IMG/VR virus record: IMGVR_UViG_3300010160_000036
Coordinates: 1 to 64,000 of that record
Reading direction: 5' to 3' (one strand)
DNA from: a virus
Length of the DNA: 64,000 nucleotides
Made by a program: the position numbers and the translations under genes
The notes under the pieces: model-generated
Told to the model about the DNA's origin: nothing
Database searches by the model: none
The model's input: only the letters and a program-made list of their open reading frames with translations
Shown here: positions 42,901 through 52,388 of the stretch, one piece after another
Numbering within the stretch: position 1 is the stretch's first letter
Layout: the number at the start of each line of letters is the position of its first letter

Positions 42901-45900
42901 CTGTTGCTGAAAATATTGATATCACGAGCAACCGTGATCCTGCTGCATACAATGGTCCAAATTCTACTAACACTAGTTCTATTGTTTGGGGAGCCAAACA
43001 TGTTGGTAAATTGTGGTTTGATACAAGCACTACTAAATTTGTAAACTATCATCAAAGTAATGATGTGGTATATAATAGCAAATGGTGGGGTCAAGTATTC
43101 CCTGGAAGCAGTCCTGTAGTTTGTAGTTGGATATCTAGTAACGTTTTACCTACAAATTATGCAGGCCCCGGTACTGTCAAAGACGTAAACGAATATACAA
43201 TCGAATACACATTGAACACTACTGGAGCTATTGTTCCGGTATACTTCTATTGGGTTCGTAACACAAACATTGTGTTTACACAATTAGGCAAAACACTGTC
43301 AGATACAATATGTGAATCATATATTGCAAATCCACTGACAACTGGTATTTCTTACTTTGCACCACTATTACCAAATGCGTTTGGTTTGTATAACACTATG
43401 GACTATGTAAACAATACAGACACTGTAATGCATGTTGGTTTTGCTACTGGAACAAATGATGATGTTTCACACAGTGCATACTCATTGATACGTGAGAACA
43501 CGGATGATTTCTTGCCTGGTTTGCCAGGAACCCCGGGTGTAACATACCCCAAATCATTGTACAATAGAATGCTAGAAAGCATGAGTGGTGTAGATGAATC
43601 AGGAGCAGTTGTACCTGATCCAAATCTACCAAAACCAGTACAAAGTGGTATACTAGTACGTCCTCGCCAAAGCTTCTTCTACGATAGATTTGGTGCATTA
43701 AAGAACTATTTGACAACTGCTAATGAAATACTAGCAAAGTATCCATATAACGAAACAAGTTATAGTACATTCTTAAATACATCAGGCGCTGTCAATCCAT
43801 CTACTGTTGGTAATCCAAATTGGTCTGGTGCTGAAGAACTATTCTACAACACACAAGATTATTGGACACCAATTAATTGGTGGGCAATTGGATACAATGA
43901 CAACACACGTCCAGCAATGATGGTTCAATCATATTATGATTTGGCTACGTTGAATGCACAAAATGGATTAATCGTTACTGTTGCTAAGAACGGTCAAGGT
44001 CTACAAGAGACATATAAATATGACATTATAATCAATGATTGGGTTCGTATTGGATTACAAAATGGTACAATACAGTTTAAGAGTTCATTGTGGGACTATG
44101 CTACTGCTCGTTTAGGATTTGGTGATAATTTCTTTGACACCACTCCATTCGACACCTACCCAAGTGAGGAGACTCGTTATATTGTTCGTGCATTGAACGA
44201 AGAAATGCCTACAGAATTAGGATTCTTTAAGAATGAGGGCTTGATATTGTTGTTCAACTACATTATTAGTGAGACAATCGAAAGTCAAAATTACTTGCCG
44301 TGGTTGAACAAAACATCATTTGTTGATGTGTCACACACTATTCGTGAGTTACTTCCATTAAAAATATTCCAATCAGACAATCAAGATTTCTTGAGTGGTT
44401 ATATCAATGAAGTTAAGCCATATCATGTAGTCATTAAAGACTTCTTGTTTAGATATACTGGTCTTGATTTATGGCGCGGTAATGTCACCGACTTTGATTT
44501 GCCCGCAACATATAATACAAACTTACAAAAGTATATTACTCCTGAATTGGTATATACTAATCCAAGTCAAGATAATCAATATTTGCCCACAGATCCTATC
44601 TGGCAAACACCGCCCTATGTTGAATGGTTTAACAATCATGGGTTGAGCATCACCGGAGTAAACAATTACCCAATTACTACACTAGCATCATATCTAACAT
44701 TAAATTCTATTGACATGGTAGTAGATAACGTCTATGGTTTCCCAGTAGACAGTGTTATTCAAATAGGTGAAGAACAAATTGCTTATTCAGGTGTTGACAG
44801 AGCATATGGATTATTAACTGGATTAACTCGCGGTGTTAATGGGACTCCTGTGACAAATCATATTCCAGGAGAGCAAATCATTACAGATTTGCCTGCCGTA
44901 TTGTTACTAAACGGTGGTCGTGGTTATACCGAACCTCCTAAGGTAACAGCATACATAGATACAACCGTGTTCCCGGCGCCAACACGCGCCGCTATATTAC
45001 AACCCGTAATGAACTTGGATACGATCTTACGCATTGATGTAGTTGATCCAGGTGAAGGATATGTTGAATTACCACAAATCTTAATTGAACCAAGTGCTAT
45101 AATTACGTTCCCAAGTTCATATGTAGATTTGAGTAATGACACAGTTATCATTCAAAGTCAGTTGCTACGAACTGGAGATTTAATTCGTTACAGTGTGGGT
45201 GCAAATACAACTCCAATAGGTGGCCTAAAACAAGGAGAATATTATTATATTTCAGTATTGGAAACTATACCTAATTTTGTTATTTCTTTCTATACAACTT
45301 ATGTAGGTGCATTAAAGGATCAGGACAGAGTTAATTTATTAAATGGTGGATCAGGATCAAACAACTATATTGCTATTAGTGCAAGAGCAAGTTGTGTTTC
45401 TACTGCAATACCAATTCGTGAAAATCAAATTACACTAAGATTTGATAGAACATCATACACCTCACAAGTACAAGATTGGGCTCCTAATAATTTTTACGGC
45501 TCGTTCTATGCAGGTGTATTTAGAAATACAACTCAAGTTGCTAGTTCCGGATTGACATTGGAATCTAGCGCACCTCCTATTGATTCTATACTAGCTAGTG
45601 CTCAAGGTGCTCCGTTCTACTTACAGGATGTGTCTAATAATCATGTAGTTGATTGGTCATCACGTACTAGAATTGTAACTAACACCTCTAATACTGGTTA
45701 TATTACTATTGCCCCTAGTGAAGGCGGTACTCCTTTAGAGGGCTATGTTGGACCAACAACTGGCTTCTATATTGGAATGCCAATAAAATTCACTGGTGCA
45801 AAATTTGGTGGATTAGTTGTTGGGACTGTATATTATATTAGTGCTATCAACGGATTAACTCAATTTAAATTGGTTGATGGTGTTGGCAACCCCGTAGTAT

Positions 45901-48900
45901 TAACAACAGAAACTGCCCCAGTGGCCGGCCTAACTGCAATGATTGGTGAAGTATCAAACACTGCTGTAGTAACAATTGACTATCCTGGTATTTTACCAGT
46001 AACTACAACACAATCAGCAACTAATTATGTAATATCTCCATTGTTGTCAGGTAGCCAAGGTGGTACAGCAGGATTCTATCAAGGTATCTCATTGTTCTTT
46101 ACAACTAATTCTACTGGAAATTATCAAACATTTGGTAATATCGTAGAAAACGAAACATATTATGTCACTACTGTGATTAATTCTACGACATTCACTATGT
46201 CAACTAGCAACAATCCTATTAATTTAACTGCTACACAAGTATATGGTACCGGTGATTATGTGAAACTAAGTACAGTCTCATCATTAAGCATCAATGATCC
46301 AATCATCTTTACTGCCATGTACATAGTTGGATCAAGTGTTTCTAACTTTGGTGGCATCATTGCTGGACAAGTTTACTATGTTGCATCTATTGATTATAGC
46401 ACTAACAGAATTACTATATCTAATACTGTTAACGGAGGCAACGTAAATCTATCAGATGTAGCAGCCGCAACCAATACATACTGTACAATGACTGACCAAA
46501 AGGATACAGTTAAATTAACAACAGCCACTGGTAATATAACAATGAATGTTGGATTACCAATCAGTCCCGGCCAAATTACAGGTCAGAAGTTTACATTCTA
46601 TAAAACATCAGGTAACTACATAAACGGCGGTGCCGGATATACTGGAACAGTAAGTAATCTAGTTACAAGAATAACAGTAGCTACAACAGCAACATCAAAC
46701 TATCTATATTTAAATCAGTTGTATGGTGGTACAACACATATGTATGTAAACATGCCATTCAAAGTTACTGCTAATATTGGTAACTTGATTGCAGGAACTA
46801 CATATTATGTTAAATCATTAGGTACAATTAGTGTTGATATTTCAAGTAGTTCTTCATCTACTAATTTGTATACCGCAGCAAATACAACCGGCTTCTATGT
46901 AGGTATGCCAATAATATTCACCGGGGGTATATTTGGTAATGTCAAACCATTGGTCACTTATTATATTAAATCATTACCTGATTCTACTCACTTTTCTATT
47001 AGTGAGTATTTAGGTGGACCTACATTTATACTGTCAGGTAACAACGGATTAATGACTGTTTCTGCTAACGATCCATATATTACAGTAAGTAGTAGTTTAG
47101 GTGGAAGTACATTTGCTCTTGCTAATAGTACAACAGTTACTACCCTAACTCAATATGTAACTTCAACTCCAACTTTCTATGTAAGTTACAAGCTAGGTGG
47201 TTATAGTGTGACCACTCATACTGCTGGTTCTGGATTTGCATATAACAACAATATAACGCTTCTTGGAACAAACTTTGGTGGTACAACACCATTAAATGAT
47301 GTAATAATTAATGTCTCTGGAATCGGCACAACCGGAGAAATAACTTCTACTATTATTTCTGGTACACCCGCAGAATTAGCAAAACAATACTACTTGAAGG
47401 TTATAAGTGACACCCAATTAGAAGTGTATGAAAATGCATTGATGACTATCCCAGTAGATGGAACTATTCTTGCCATTGAATATGCAGCAGGTGATTATGT
47501 GTTCTTACCTGAACCATTTTACTTCAATCAAAGTATTGTAAAATACAACAACAAAGTATGGCAATGTATTGTCAGTAATAGTGACGCAGAATTCATTCTA
47601 GGTAAATGGGAGCTAATGGATAGTGGAAGTCGTAGACTAAATGCATTGGATCGTATCGTTGGTTACTATCAACCAACAGTCAACATGCCTGGTTTAGATT
47701 TAACTCAGCTAGTTTCCGGAATTATATATCCAAATAATACTTATTTGGATAATGCTTTCCCTCCGGCAGACGAGTATCCATTAGATACATTATTATCAGA
47801 TCAACCATTCTATCCTACTAGCATAAACAACATGGCTATTACTTGGGACGGAGTAAAATATGTAGGTGGTGCAAATAGCCCTACATATTCATCTGCTATT
47901 ATAAGTGAAAACTCAATTAATTGGGCAATTGACAAGATTGCTGATTCACCGGTTAGTATTACTAGTATTAAATATGTAAGTGGTTTATATGGTAGTGGAT
48001 TGTATGTAATAACAACTGCGAATTCGGCCACCCCAATTTATATCAGCCAAGATGGTATACAATATGCAACATCCGGCGGAGCATACATACCGTATGATTC
48101 AACAGCATACAGTATTACACCATATGATTTCAGCTCATTAAAAGTAGAATCAACATTACTAAACAGTGTTGATTATTTTAACAACATATGGGTAGCAGTT
48201 GGAGAAAATATCGTAGCAAGTACAGATTCATATTTCTGGGGCGAAGTATACAAATTGCCTTATCCAGGTGTACTGCGTTCAGTACATTATGTAAATAATC
48301 CAGGCTTTACTGGATGGCTAGCAGTAGGTAACTGGACAATTGGTAATACAACTAGTTCTGTTATATTATCAAGTGATGATGGATTTGTTTGGACACAAAT
48401 CAATGAAGGCATTACTACAATCATTACTAGCGCAACATTAAATGTTGTTTATAGTAGCAACGATTTAATTATTTTTGCAGGAGCAAATGGTAAACTATTC
48501 TCTAATGCATCACCTGCATCATATACACAACAAACAACTAATGTAGTAACTGGGTTGAACGATGTGATATATGCGGATGGTGTATATGTTGTAGTAGGTG
48601 ACAACGGAACTATCATTACAAGCACAGACACAATCACATGGACAACAAGAGTATCAACTACTACAAATAATTTAAATGGAATTACATATGATGTAGTCAA
48701 CAATAGATTTGTAGTAGTAGGGGATAATAATACAATATTGACAAGTATTAATGCAGGTGTTACATGGATACTATCAAGTGTATACACAGTTGATCCTACT
48801 GTTTATACTGTACAAGGTGATGCATTTACATCTGGTTATGGACCGGAAGAATTAGTTCCCGGTGTTGTATCTGACAATTTGACTATGATTGTTAACACAC

Positions 48901-51900
48901 GTCCAGGAACTAACTGGAATGTGGGTGAATATGGTCATACTGGTTTTAATGTAGTATCAACTCAAATCACACCAAACACATTGACTCAGACTCAATATTC
49001 ATTCTTAAATATTGTTCAGAACCCTGCTACTATAGCAATATATGATTTAGACTTGTCTACCGGATTGAGTGTAAGAACATTTAATTTTACAGTTGATTGG
49101 GTCAACAAGATTATCACGTTGACCAATTATCTGGCGGTTAACCATCAATTAGTAATTGATTTGTATGAAGTTGGTAACGGAGATCAATTAGAAAAATCAA
49201 ATTCTCAAGTTGTACCATTCATTGATGATGTTGGTACTGGCTTTACTGAGATTCCATTGAACTGTAACTACTCTGCTAGTCGATTTAATGGATCAGGTGT
49301 GATACGTCCTGGCACCGGCCCAACAGAAATACTATGTACTAGTACCCGAGCATTAGATAATTCAATATTGTGTGCTAGTACAACTGACTTTGTATTGAAT
49401 CAATCAATAATGTTCCAAGGTGATGTTTTAGGTGGATTGGAATTGGATACTGATTATTATGTAAAAACTATCAGTCTTATTACTAATAGAATAACAGTAT
49501 CTGCATCTACCGTCGATGGCTTAGCAGGACCCGCATATGTATTAACTGACGACACTGGTTCTATGGAGGCAATTATCATATCTGCAATTGATTTAGCTTG
49601 GACAGATCCAATTGTATTACATAACGGTAATATATTAAACTTTGGCCATCAAACTATTGCAACTCAGACAAAGAGTTTAACAAACTCAATTGTATGTAAC
49701 ACAACCGGAGAATTCTATCCCGGAGATATTGTTACATTTAGTGATGAAATTGCAGTAATACCAGTTGGTAACTTCTTATACACTACTGGATTGACACCTC
49801 AATATCAATATACAATTCTATCTATAATTGACGACAATGAGTTTACAGTTGAAGATCCTGCAAACTTAGGCAATGCTTTAACACTATCAGATTCAACTGG
49901 TATTGCAATTTGTATTGTAGGTGATTATGCATTTGCTGAAGAAACTAATGGCATAACTGCAAAACTAGTATTTGCAACTCAATACAACCAAAACGATGAT
50001 TTTGTACAATTTACTGTGTTTGGTGAAACACAACCACAACAATATGGTTATAGTATCCCGCTAACTCAATTATATACTGCACAGGGTGGTGAAACTCAAC
50101 TTGCACTAGAAAACTATGTAGGCGGGGATAACGCAGACAATGCAATTGTAGAGAAAAATGGCCTACGTTTAATTAACATAAGCGATTACACAATCAGTTA
50201 TGCTACTGGTTTCATATACTTGAATTCAAGTTTGGCTCCAAACGATGTATTAGCTATCACTACGTATAATCTAACTGATCGTCAATATTTGAACACAACA
50301 TATGGCGGTACATTTGCGGGTTCTTCAACCGCAATTCTAAACATTGTTGCTACGACACACCAATCTGCGTTTGACGAATTAGTAGTTGCTGGACATTTCT
50401 TAACAGGAGTACAATATCAGATTGTATCTGTTGGCACAACTGACTTTACCTCAATTGGTGCATCAAGTAATACAGTTGGGGTAATATTTACTGCTACTGG
50501 TTTAGGTACAGGTACTGGTACTGCTGGCGTTGGTTGGGGAGATCATTTCTCACCTAGCCCAGACTACTTAACATTAGGTTCAGGAGATACTAGCGCATTA
50601 GTTACAAACTTAGCAGTTGTGTTTTCTGCCCCGACAATAGGTGGAATTGTTGCTAACAAGTATTATTATATCTCGACTATCATTGACAGTACAACATTCT
50701 CTATATCTGAAACTGTCAGTGGTCCTACATTCTCGTTGATAACAGATTTTGGCTCAATGTCTGGATATATTAACCCTGCTATTGTTGCTAATATTACTAA
50801 TATTGAAAACACAATTACAGCACCTGCCCAAGTTACAACATGTTCTCAGACATATTTTGGTACAAATGTAATTGATTGTGCTAATATACCATTAGGCTCA
50901 GCAGGATTAAATGTAATATTTAAAGGTACTAGTTTTGGTAATATAGCAACTGATGGTACAGTATACATTGTTGATACTGTTGTAAGTGCAACTTCATTCA
51001 CTATCAAAGATGAATATGGGGATCCAGTAGTATTGTCAGATGACACAGGATCAATAGTTGCGTACATAGGTGGCACTCCAGCCGTGACAGTGTACACTGG
51101 AATCCCTCACGGCTTACAAGAAAATAATATTGTACGAATTAACGGTGTAACTGGATCTGTTCAATTAAACAACAATACATATTATGCTAAGATAGTAAAC
51201 ATTACAACGATTGAATTATATTATGCACCGTATGACCCTACGTTAAACTATACAAACTCGCCTGTAACAGGAGTTGGTGCTTATACAGGTGGCGGTTATG
51301 TATGGTTAGATAAGACATTCACATTAACTATAACTAACGGTACATCAACTAGTTCGACTGGAAATAAAATTACAGTTAATAGTACACGTAATTTAGAATT
51401 AAACACTCCTGTATACTTCACAGGTAATGTGACTGGAACTAATTTAGTAATAGGTACCAAATATTACATCAAAGAAATTTCTAGCTTAACAGAATTCACT
51501 GTCTCTACTACATATGACGGAGCTGTGTTTGTATTAGCTAATGCTACTGTATCATTTGGTGTAAGTGAGTGGGAACAATCAAATGTAGATAGAATTTGGG
51601 TAACTGTAAACGGATATAGAATTCCATCAAGTTCTTTGTATATTAACCCTAACAATAACTTGAGTATTTTACATACAATTAGTCCGGGTGATGCAGTTAT
51701 CATTACAAACATGATTCCAACATCAACTCCTAACGAATTGACTTATATATTGAACGTGACAAAAGATAGTATTCCATCTGTGTTCCGTGCTAATTCACTA
51801 ACTACAACTTGGCTAACACGAACACTACAATATACCGATTCTATAATTTATGTTGAGGATGTATCAAAATTGACTAATACTATTGTTCAAATTGATACAG

Positions 51901-52376
51901 TTCCCGCACTAGTTAATGGTATAGCGACTATTGGTTTAGAAGCTGACAAGAGAACAATTGCTCAAGTCATTGTTAAAAATGGTAATATAACGTTATCATC
52001 CAGTGACTACAATATAGATATTGTTGATACTGCTCCCGTACTGAAAATAACTTCAGGAGTTGCTGAAGGCGATACTGTAACTATTACATTGATTTTGGGT
52101 AATATAATATACTTGGCCGGAGAACAAATTCGTTTTACTACCATTGACTTTGATACTAATACTATCACAGGATTACAACGCGGAGCTAATGGAACTGGTA
52201 CACGAAGCTTTATTCCTGTTTACCAAAAGGTCTATAGCGCATTGTCTCAGGACAGACTACCTGACACTTACTACAATCAAACATGGAATTCATATGTTTA
52301 TAACACTGTATTGGGTGATCCGTTACAGATTAGTAACACTTTCAGCGCAAATTTCTTAAATCAGGACTATGCCTAA
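33939..52376 (+). CDS. Giant (6145 aa) baseplate wedge/receptor-binding protein (gp7 position)
   Basis: Uninterrupted 18.4-kb ORF after gp6; DKVINFNQYYW and YINEVKPYH wedge motifs, FG-GAP-like and BNR-like propeller repeats, at least 10 small beta-domain repeats; ATAAGTA at 33909-33915. Confidence 0.75.
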   Translation: MATRIRTLNFLPEVFQTPTNAQFLGATLDQITDQPNTMRIEGYVGSKFGYGINAKDKYVIEPTKTRTDYQLDPAVVFTKTNTATAVDFISYPGIVDAVKLNGGIIDNNDRLFNSQFYSWDPFVDLDKVINFNQYYWLPTGAPAVTVATDIVYNVSDYVVTDLPNGYNISSDVNPSGSTNPSLTFIRGGTYTFTVDQNTAFWLQGKPGVTGYDPAQPNLQTRNILGVENNGASRGVVTFNVPYKNAQDEYNFPGNNLVDVVSTTPFDEINGQLLSYVKNIDGVTALGGRTVLFYNTGVVNETGFVGPFYDTTLYDENGGNAPFVYPGTSIDNNNYNGGYYTDPSATFYLITYVGDPDNPTLKLVPYAPIPTEEKITAVYGTQWKARNFYRNIEGVINLIPYLSSLLDTIYYQDGTSPDKVGVIKLINSNSANQINVNDILGKKNYTAPNGVVFTNGLKVSFAGSIYPTTYKTGEYYVQGVGTAIELLDIATLIAPEPFTAGTYTPYDTLPYDIGNYDSTLYVPVYQDYLTIARNSIDRNAWSRSNRWFHIDVINATAGYLNDPTIVTTYATQNNKAKRPVIEFYPNLQLFNNNIVGKQPIDFFDTRTTDAFTQVAGQLAYYPDVEVYTASTASIASASSATSTTITVLASDVGPVTSIGASIGTFQVGQYITDNAGKLPRNSQISAISGTTTLTLTVTWPYASSFTSATNVSLIANGLPNDDYALYDGAKIVFSVDTNVDVRNKIYIVRFSSIAGSIPVITLTEVEDGLVLPNEGTFTFKGYYNQGMDFYFDGLTWFEAQQKTTINQAPLFDVFDNDGVSFGNNNVYVGSSFKGNKLFSYGIGSGINDLILGFPLRYSSVNNVGDISFDVLINSATFNYVKGIAPITQKVNTGYVHNYSDLSTFSRALGWQTAVAESRQYQVFNFDYVASNPVTTYTCDIAAATNTAWPNIQLYVNNDLQASSTYTYEITEDSTVITFTPPNPLVDTVIEITILSDQVSPTAYYEIPINLQNNPFNTDITTANVGDIRGQYQSIFYNNPDTTGVVFGSNNYRDLGNLVPWGNKIIQNSASLALPGTFLRKQNHNLVDSLQYNSQQYIIFKNLLVNTIDSTDYTYYQLPAVMLDNALDQITSGKIESGPFFWSDMLPNMSAYATNTYTFANSLDVSIYPLTRIYDFTKSNYYGVLVYLTRTVDNFTTTTQLLINIDYTVSTDTPSLTISTDLLPGDIVTIKEYNQTYGSYVPNTPTKLGLYPAFVPEVILDSNYTQPTYFIRGHDGSYNQLYGDYIDGNLVDFRDKVLLEFETRIYNNLKLSDIIPIRDYDVIPGFFRNTGYSYDEVLSIYSQYFLNWIGQNRVEYKPQVGYSSIDQFTYNYSQSGNKIDGSQILQGYWRGIYQYFYDTSEPNTTPWEMLGFTAMPSWWTGRYGAAPYTSDNLVLWKDLAQGINWNNGDPYVLSQFIRPQLLEVIPVDSAGNLLSPFDAIVGNYVERSFKHDWKVGDVAATELSYRRSSTWPFDLMKLLSLTKPAEFYNLGVDVDNYKYNTEFNQFLVNNRSHLVISDVQIYGNGIAKTSYINWIVDYEKQLGVDATTNITNLLANLDVRLAYRLAGFSDKTLLNFYVEKGTPNSTNASLLIPNESYQVLLYDNVPFDKIIYSGVIVQNVGTGWKVFGNSQNNAYFNISVPKINGNYNKVSVEGLSVQIANDYFDNKSQLIPYGTEFNSIHDVAQFIGSYNNYLLNQGVLFDQIESGLAVIWSQMVAEYLYWVQSGWEKGSLINLNPAANIMTINKDSYIVQPLTLQKQNFVLNQNLYPIKSTDLAVVREGTLFTATPLNQGDTVAYGQFNISNFEHGIVFNNVTLFNDIIYNLITGLRQARILTKGVKTADWNGTIDAQGFILNQDNILEWDSITKYTKGSIVLYKNRYWTALQVINASAIFDTKLWKETNYNEIQKGLLPNGSTRSYESTLFYNTNISNLDRDSDILSWSLIGYRPRDYLALADLTDITQVNVYKNMIKQMGTRIAANNFKGVTLLQGGIDYDINDNWAIKTGEFGGVLDNNFVDFRLNQTQLTGNPSTVALTTGDYTDGVEQEVPLYSVFNYSRPLTNPNVLPTLPVDTPNRLYPAAGYVNFNDISVYGYYYNDLNTAQTPLEKLYVGEYVWIADYNGTWQVYTPISNGQLIEVVNNLNGTVTLTFAEPHNLTKYQTIAIINFNAGVNGYRIVQSIIDNNRVTIALNLLASVTRLTGTGIVMRFQSQRVNQPSDINSLPLLNTEFVKNKVWVDTNTDGDWAVYRKSLNYVYDLELLRTGALKFGSAVATTSDLGYLIGDSDLGVAYRYVYDPVFKVFVMRQSITGSESFGSTISYSGNKFAISQPTGALLANRLVKVYDLIVSITQNILQLSQTIQAPTGATNWGSATAFSGDGNWLYISAYEQNSVYVYRKSQVTGLYEYSTIINVLGLVAGDNFSYSLSTNYYGDTVIIGAPDVDTTVDNTGSTYIFERLVQNFESQYNSQPLVPQTFKLVYTPGTTIRTASAIASNAVTLNSVAGLTAGVNGTAIVFTGTVFGSIALNQVYYVKSIVGSTVTLSLTRNGTTLTLTNSSGTMSAVVQTQPLFVSVNGTLITDNNYAVTGTTLNVYQSLIAGDIITSSSSQFVLIETLVSPDNLTIGEQYGYSLDTNTYGTEILVGSPFQLNSQNQEGAVYRYTDGGGKYGIITGLLDCQVSTPTTILINGYVVDIPLGNATIVANSIASANITNVTATTQNGKLVISTISNELAYVNDKLNIVTLSAHDFYQLGISKYQLTQTINDPHSQGRTQFGTTIKFNESSSFVVSSPVSTRYEETTFDASDDANYNNDTLFDNNTTQFLDTYTNAGAVYMFDYVSNYDENLNNVGQFVYAQNVNAFDLDYGAQPYYGTALDFNNNQVVVGTPNFRPNINNGQVIIYQNATGVQDWSVYRNSTPIVDVNAIQNAQLYSASTNNTLINLDYIDPLQGKLLGAVAENIDITSNRDPAAYNGPNSTNTSSIVWGAKHVGKLWFDTSTTKFVNYHQSNDVVYNSKWWGQVFPGSSPVVCSWISSNVLPTNYAGPGTVKDVNEYTIEYTLNTTGAIVPVYFYWVRNTNIVFTQLGKTLSDTICESYIANPLTTGISYFAPLLPNAFGLYNTMDYVNNTDTVMHVGFATGTNDDVSHSAYSLIRENTDDFLPGLPGTPGVTYPKSLYNRMLESMSGVDESGAVVPDPNLPKPVQSGILVRPRQSFFYDRFGALKNYLTTANEILAKYPYNETSYSTFLNTSGAVNPSTVGNPNWSGAEELFYNTQDYWTPINWWAIGYNDNTRPAMMVQSYYDLATLNAQNGLIVTVAKNGQGLQETYKYDIIINDWVRIGLQNGTIQFKSSLWDYATARLGFGDNFFDTTPFDTYPSEETRYIVRALNEEMPTELGFFKNEGLILLFNYIISETIESQNYLPWLNKTSFVDVSHTIRELLPLKIFQSDNQDFLSGYINEVKPYHVVIKDFLFRYTGLDLWRGNVTDFDLPATYNTNLQKYITPELVYTNPSQDNQYLPTDPIWQTPPYVEWFNNHGLSITGVNNYPITTLASYLTLNSIDMVVDNVYGFPVDSVIQIGEEQIAYSGVDRAYGLLTGLTRGVNGTPVTNHIPGEQIITDLPAVLLLNGGRGYTEPPKVTAYIDTTVFPAPTRAAILQPVMNLDTILRIDVVDPGEGYVELPQILIEPSAIITFPSSYVDLSNDTVIIQSQLLRTGDLIRYSVGANTTPIGGLKQGEYYYISVLETIPNFVISFYTTYVGALKDQDRVNLLNGGSGSNNYIAISARASCVSTAIPIRENQITLRFDRTSYTSQVQDWAPNNFYGSFYAGVFRNTTQVASSGLTLESSAPPIDSILASAQGAPFYLQDVSNNHVVDWSSRTRIVTNTSNTGYITIAPSEGGTPLEGYVGPTTGFYIGMPIKFTGAKFGGLVVGTVYYISAINGLTQFKLVDGVGNPVVLTTETAPVAGLTAMIGEVSNTAVVTIDYPGILPVTTTQSATNYVISPLLSGSQGGTAGFYQGISLFFTTNSTGNYQTFGNIVENETYYVTTVINSTTFTMSTSNNPINLTATQVYGTGDYVKLSTVSSLSINDPIIFTAMYIVGSSVSNFGGIIAGQVYYVASIDYSTNRITISNTVNGGNVNLSDVAAATNTYCTMTDQKDTVKLTTATGNITMNVGLPISPGQITGQKFTFYKTSGNYINGGAGYTGTVSNLVTRITVATTATSNYLYLNQLYGGTTHMYVNMPFKVTANIGNLIAGTTYYVKSLGTISVDISSSSSSTNLYTAANTTGFYVGMPIIFTGGIFGNVKPLVTYYIKSLPDSTHFSISEYLGGPTFILSGNNGLMTVSANDPYITVSSSLGGSTFALANSTTVTTLTQYVTSTPTFYVSYKLGGYSVTTHTAGSGFAYNNNITLLGTNFGGTTPLNDVIINVSGIGTTGEITSTIISGTPAELAKQYYLKVISDTQLEVYENALMTIPVDGTILAIEYAAGDYVFLPEPFYFNQSIVKYNNKVWQCIVSNSDAEFILGKWELMDSGSRRLNALDRIVGYYQPTVNMPGLDLTQLVSGIIYPNNTYLDNAFPPADEYPLDTLLSDQPFYPTSINNMAITWDGVKYVGGANSPTYSSAIISENSINWAIDKIADSPVSITSIKYVSGLYGSGLYVITTANSATPIYISQDGIQYATSGGAYIPYDSTAYSITPYDFSSLKVESTLLNSVDYFNNIWVAVGENIVASTDSYFWGEVYKLPYPGVLRSVHYVNNPGFTGWLAVGNWTIGNTTSSVILSSDDGFVWTQINEGITTIITSATLNVVYSSNDLIIFAGANGKLFSNASPASYTQQTTNVVTGLNDVIYADGVYVVVGDNGTIITSTDTITWTTRVSTTTNNLNGITYDVVNNRFVVVGDNNTILTSINAGVTWILSSVYTVDPTVYTVQGDAFTSGYGPEELVPGVVSDNLTMIVNTRPGTNWNVGEYGHTGFNVVSTQITPNTLTQTQYSFLNIVQNPATIAIYDLDLSTGLSVRTFNFTVDWVNKIITLTNYLAVNHQLVIDLYEVGNGDQLEKSNSQVVPFIDDVGTGFTEIPLNCNYSASRFNGSGVIRPGTGPTEILCTSTRALDNSILCASTTDFVLNQSIMFQGDVLGGLELDTDYYVKTISLITNRITVSASTVDGLAGPAYVLTDDTGSMEAIIISAIDLAWTDPIVLHNGNILNFGHQTIATQTKSLTNSIVCNTTGEFYPGDIVTFSDEIAVIPVGNFLYTTGLTPQYQYTILSIIDDNEFTVEDPANLGNALTLSDSTGIAICIVGDYAFAEETNGITAKLVFATQYNQNDDFVQFTVFGETQPQQYGYSIPLTQLYTAQGGETQLALENYVGGDNADNAIVEKNGLRLINISDYTISYATGFIYLNSSLAPNDVLAITTYNLTDRQYLNTTYGGTFAGSSTAILNIVATTHQSAFDELVVAGHFLTGVQYQIVSVGTTDFTSIGASSNTVGVIFTATGLGTGTGTAGVGWGDHFSPSPDYLTLGSGDTSALVTNLAVVFSAPTIGGIVANKYYYISTIIDSTTFSISETVSGPTFSLITDFGSMSGYINPAIVANITNIENTITAPAQVTTCSQTYFGTNVIDCANIPLGSAGLNVIFKGTSFGNIATDGTVYIVDTVVSATSFTIKDEYGDPVVLSDDTGSIVAYIGGTPAVTVYTGIPHGLQENNIVRINGVTGSVQLNNNTYYAKIVNITTIELYYAPYDPTLNYTNSPVTGVGAYTGGGYVWLDKTFTLTITNGTSTSSTGNKITVNSTRNLELNTPVYFTGNVTGTNLVIGTKYYIKEISSLTEFTVSTTYDGAVFVLANATVSFGVSEWEQSNVDRIWVTVNGYRIPSSSLYINPNNNLSILHTISPGDAVIITNMIPTSTPNELTYILNVTKDSIPSVFRANSLTTTWLTRTLQYTDSIIYVEDVSKLTNTIVQIDTVPALVNGIATIGLEADKRTIAQVIVKNGNITLSSSDYNIDIVDTAPVLKITSGVAEGDTVTITLILGNIIYLAGEQIRFTTIDFDTNTITGLQRGANGTGTRSFIPVYQKVYSALSQDRLPDTYYNQTWNSYVYNTVLGDPLQISNTFSANFLNQDYA

Positions 52377-52388
52377 AAGATAAATAAT

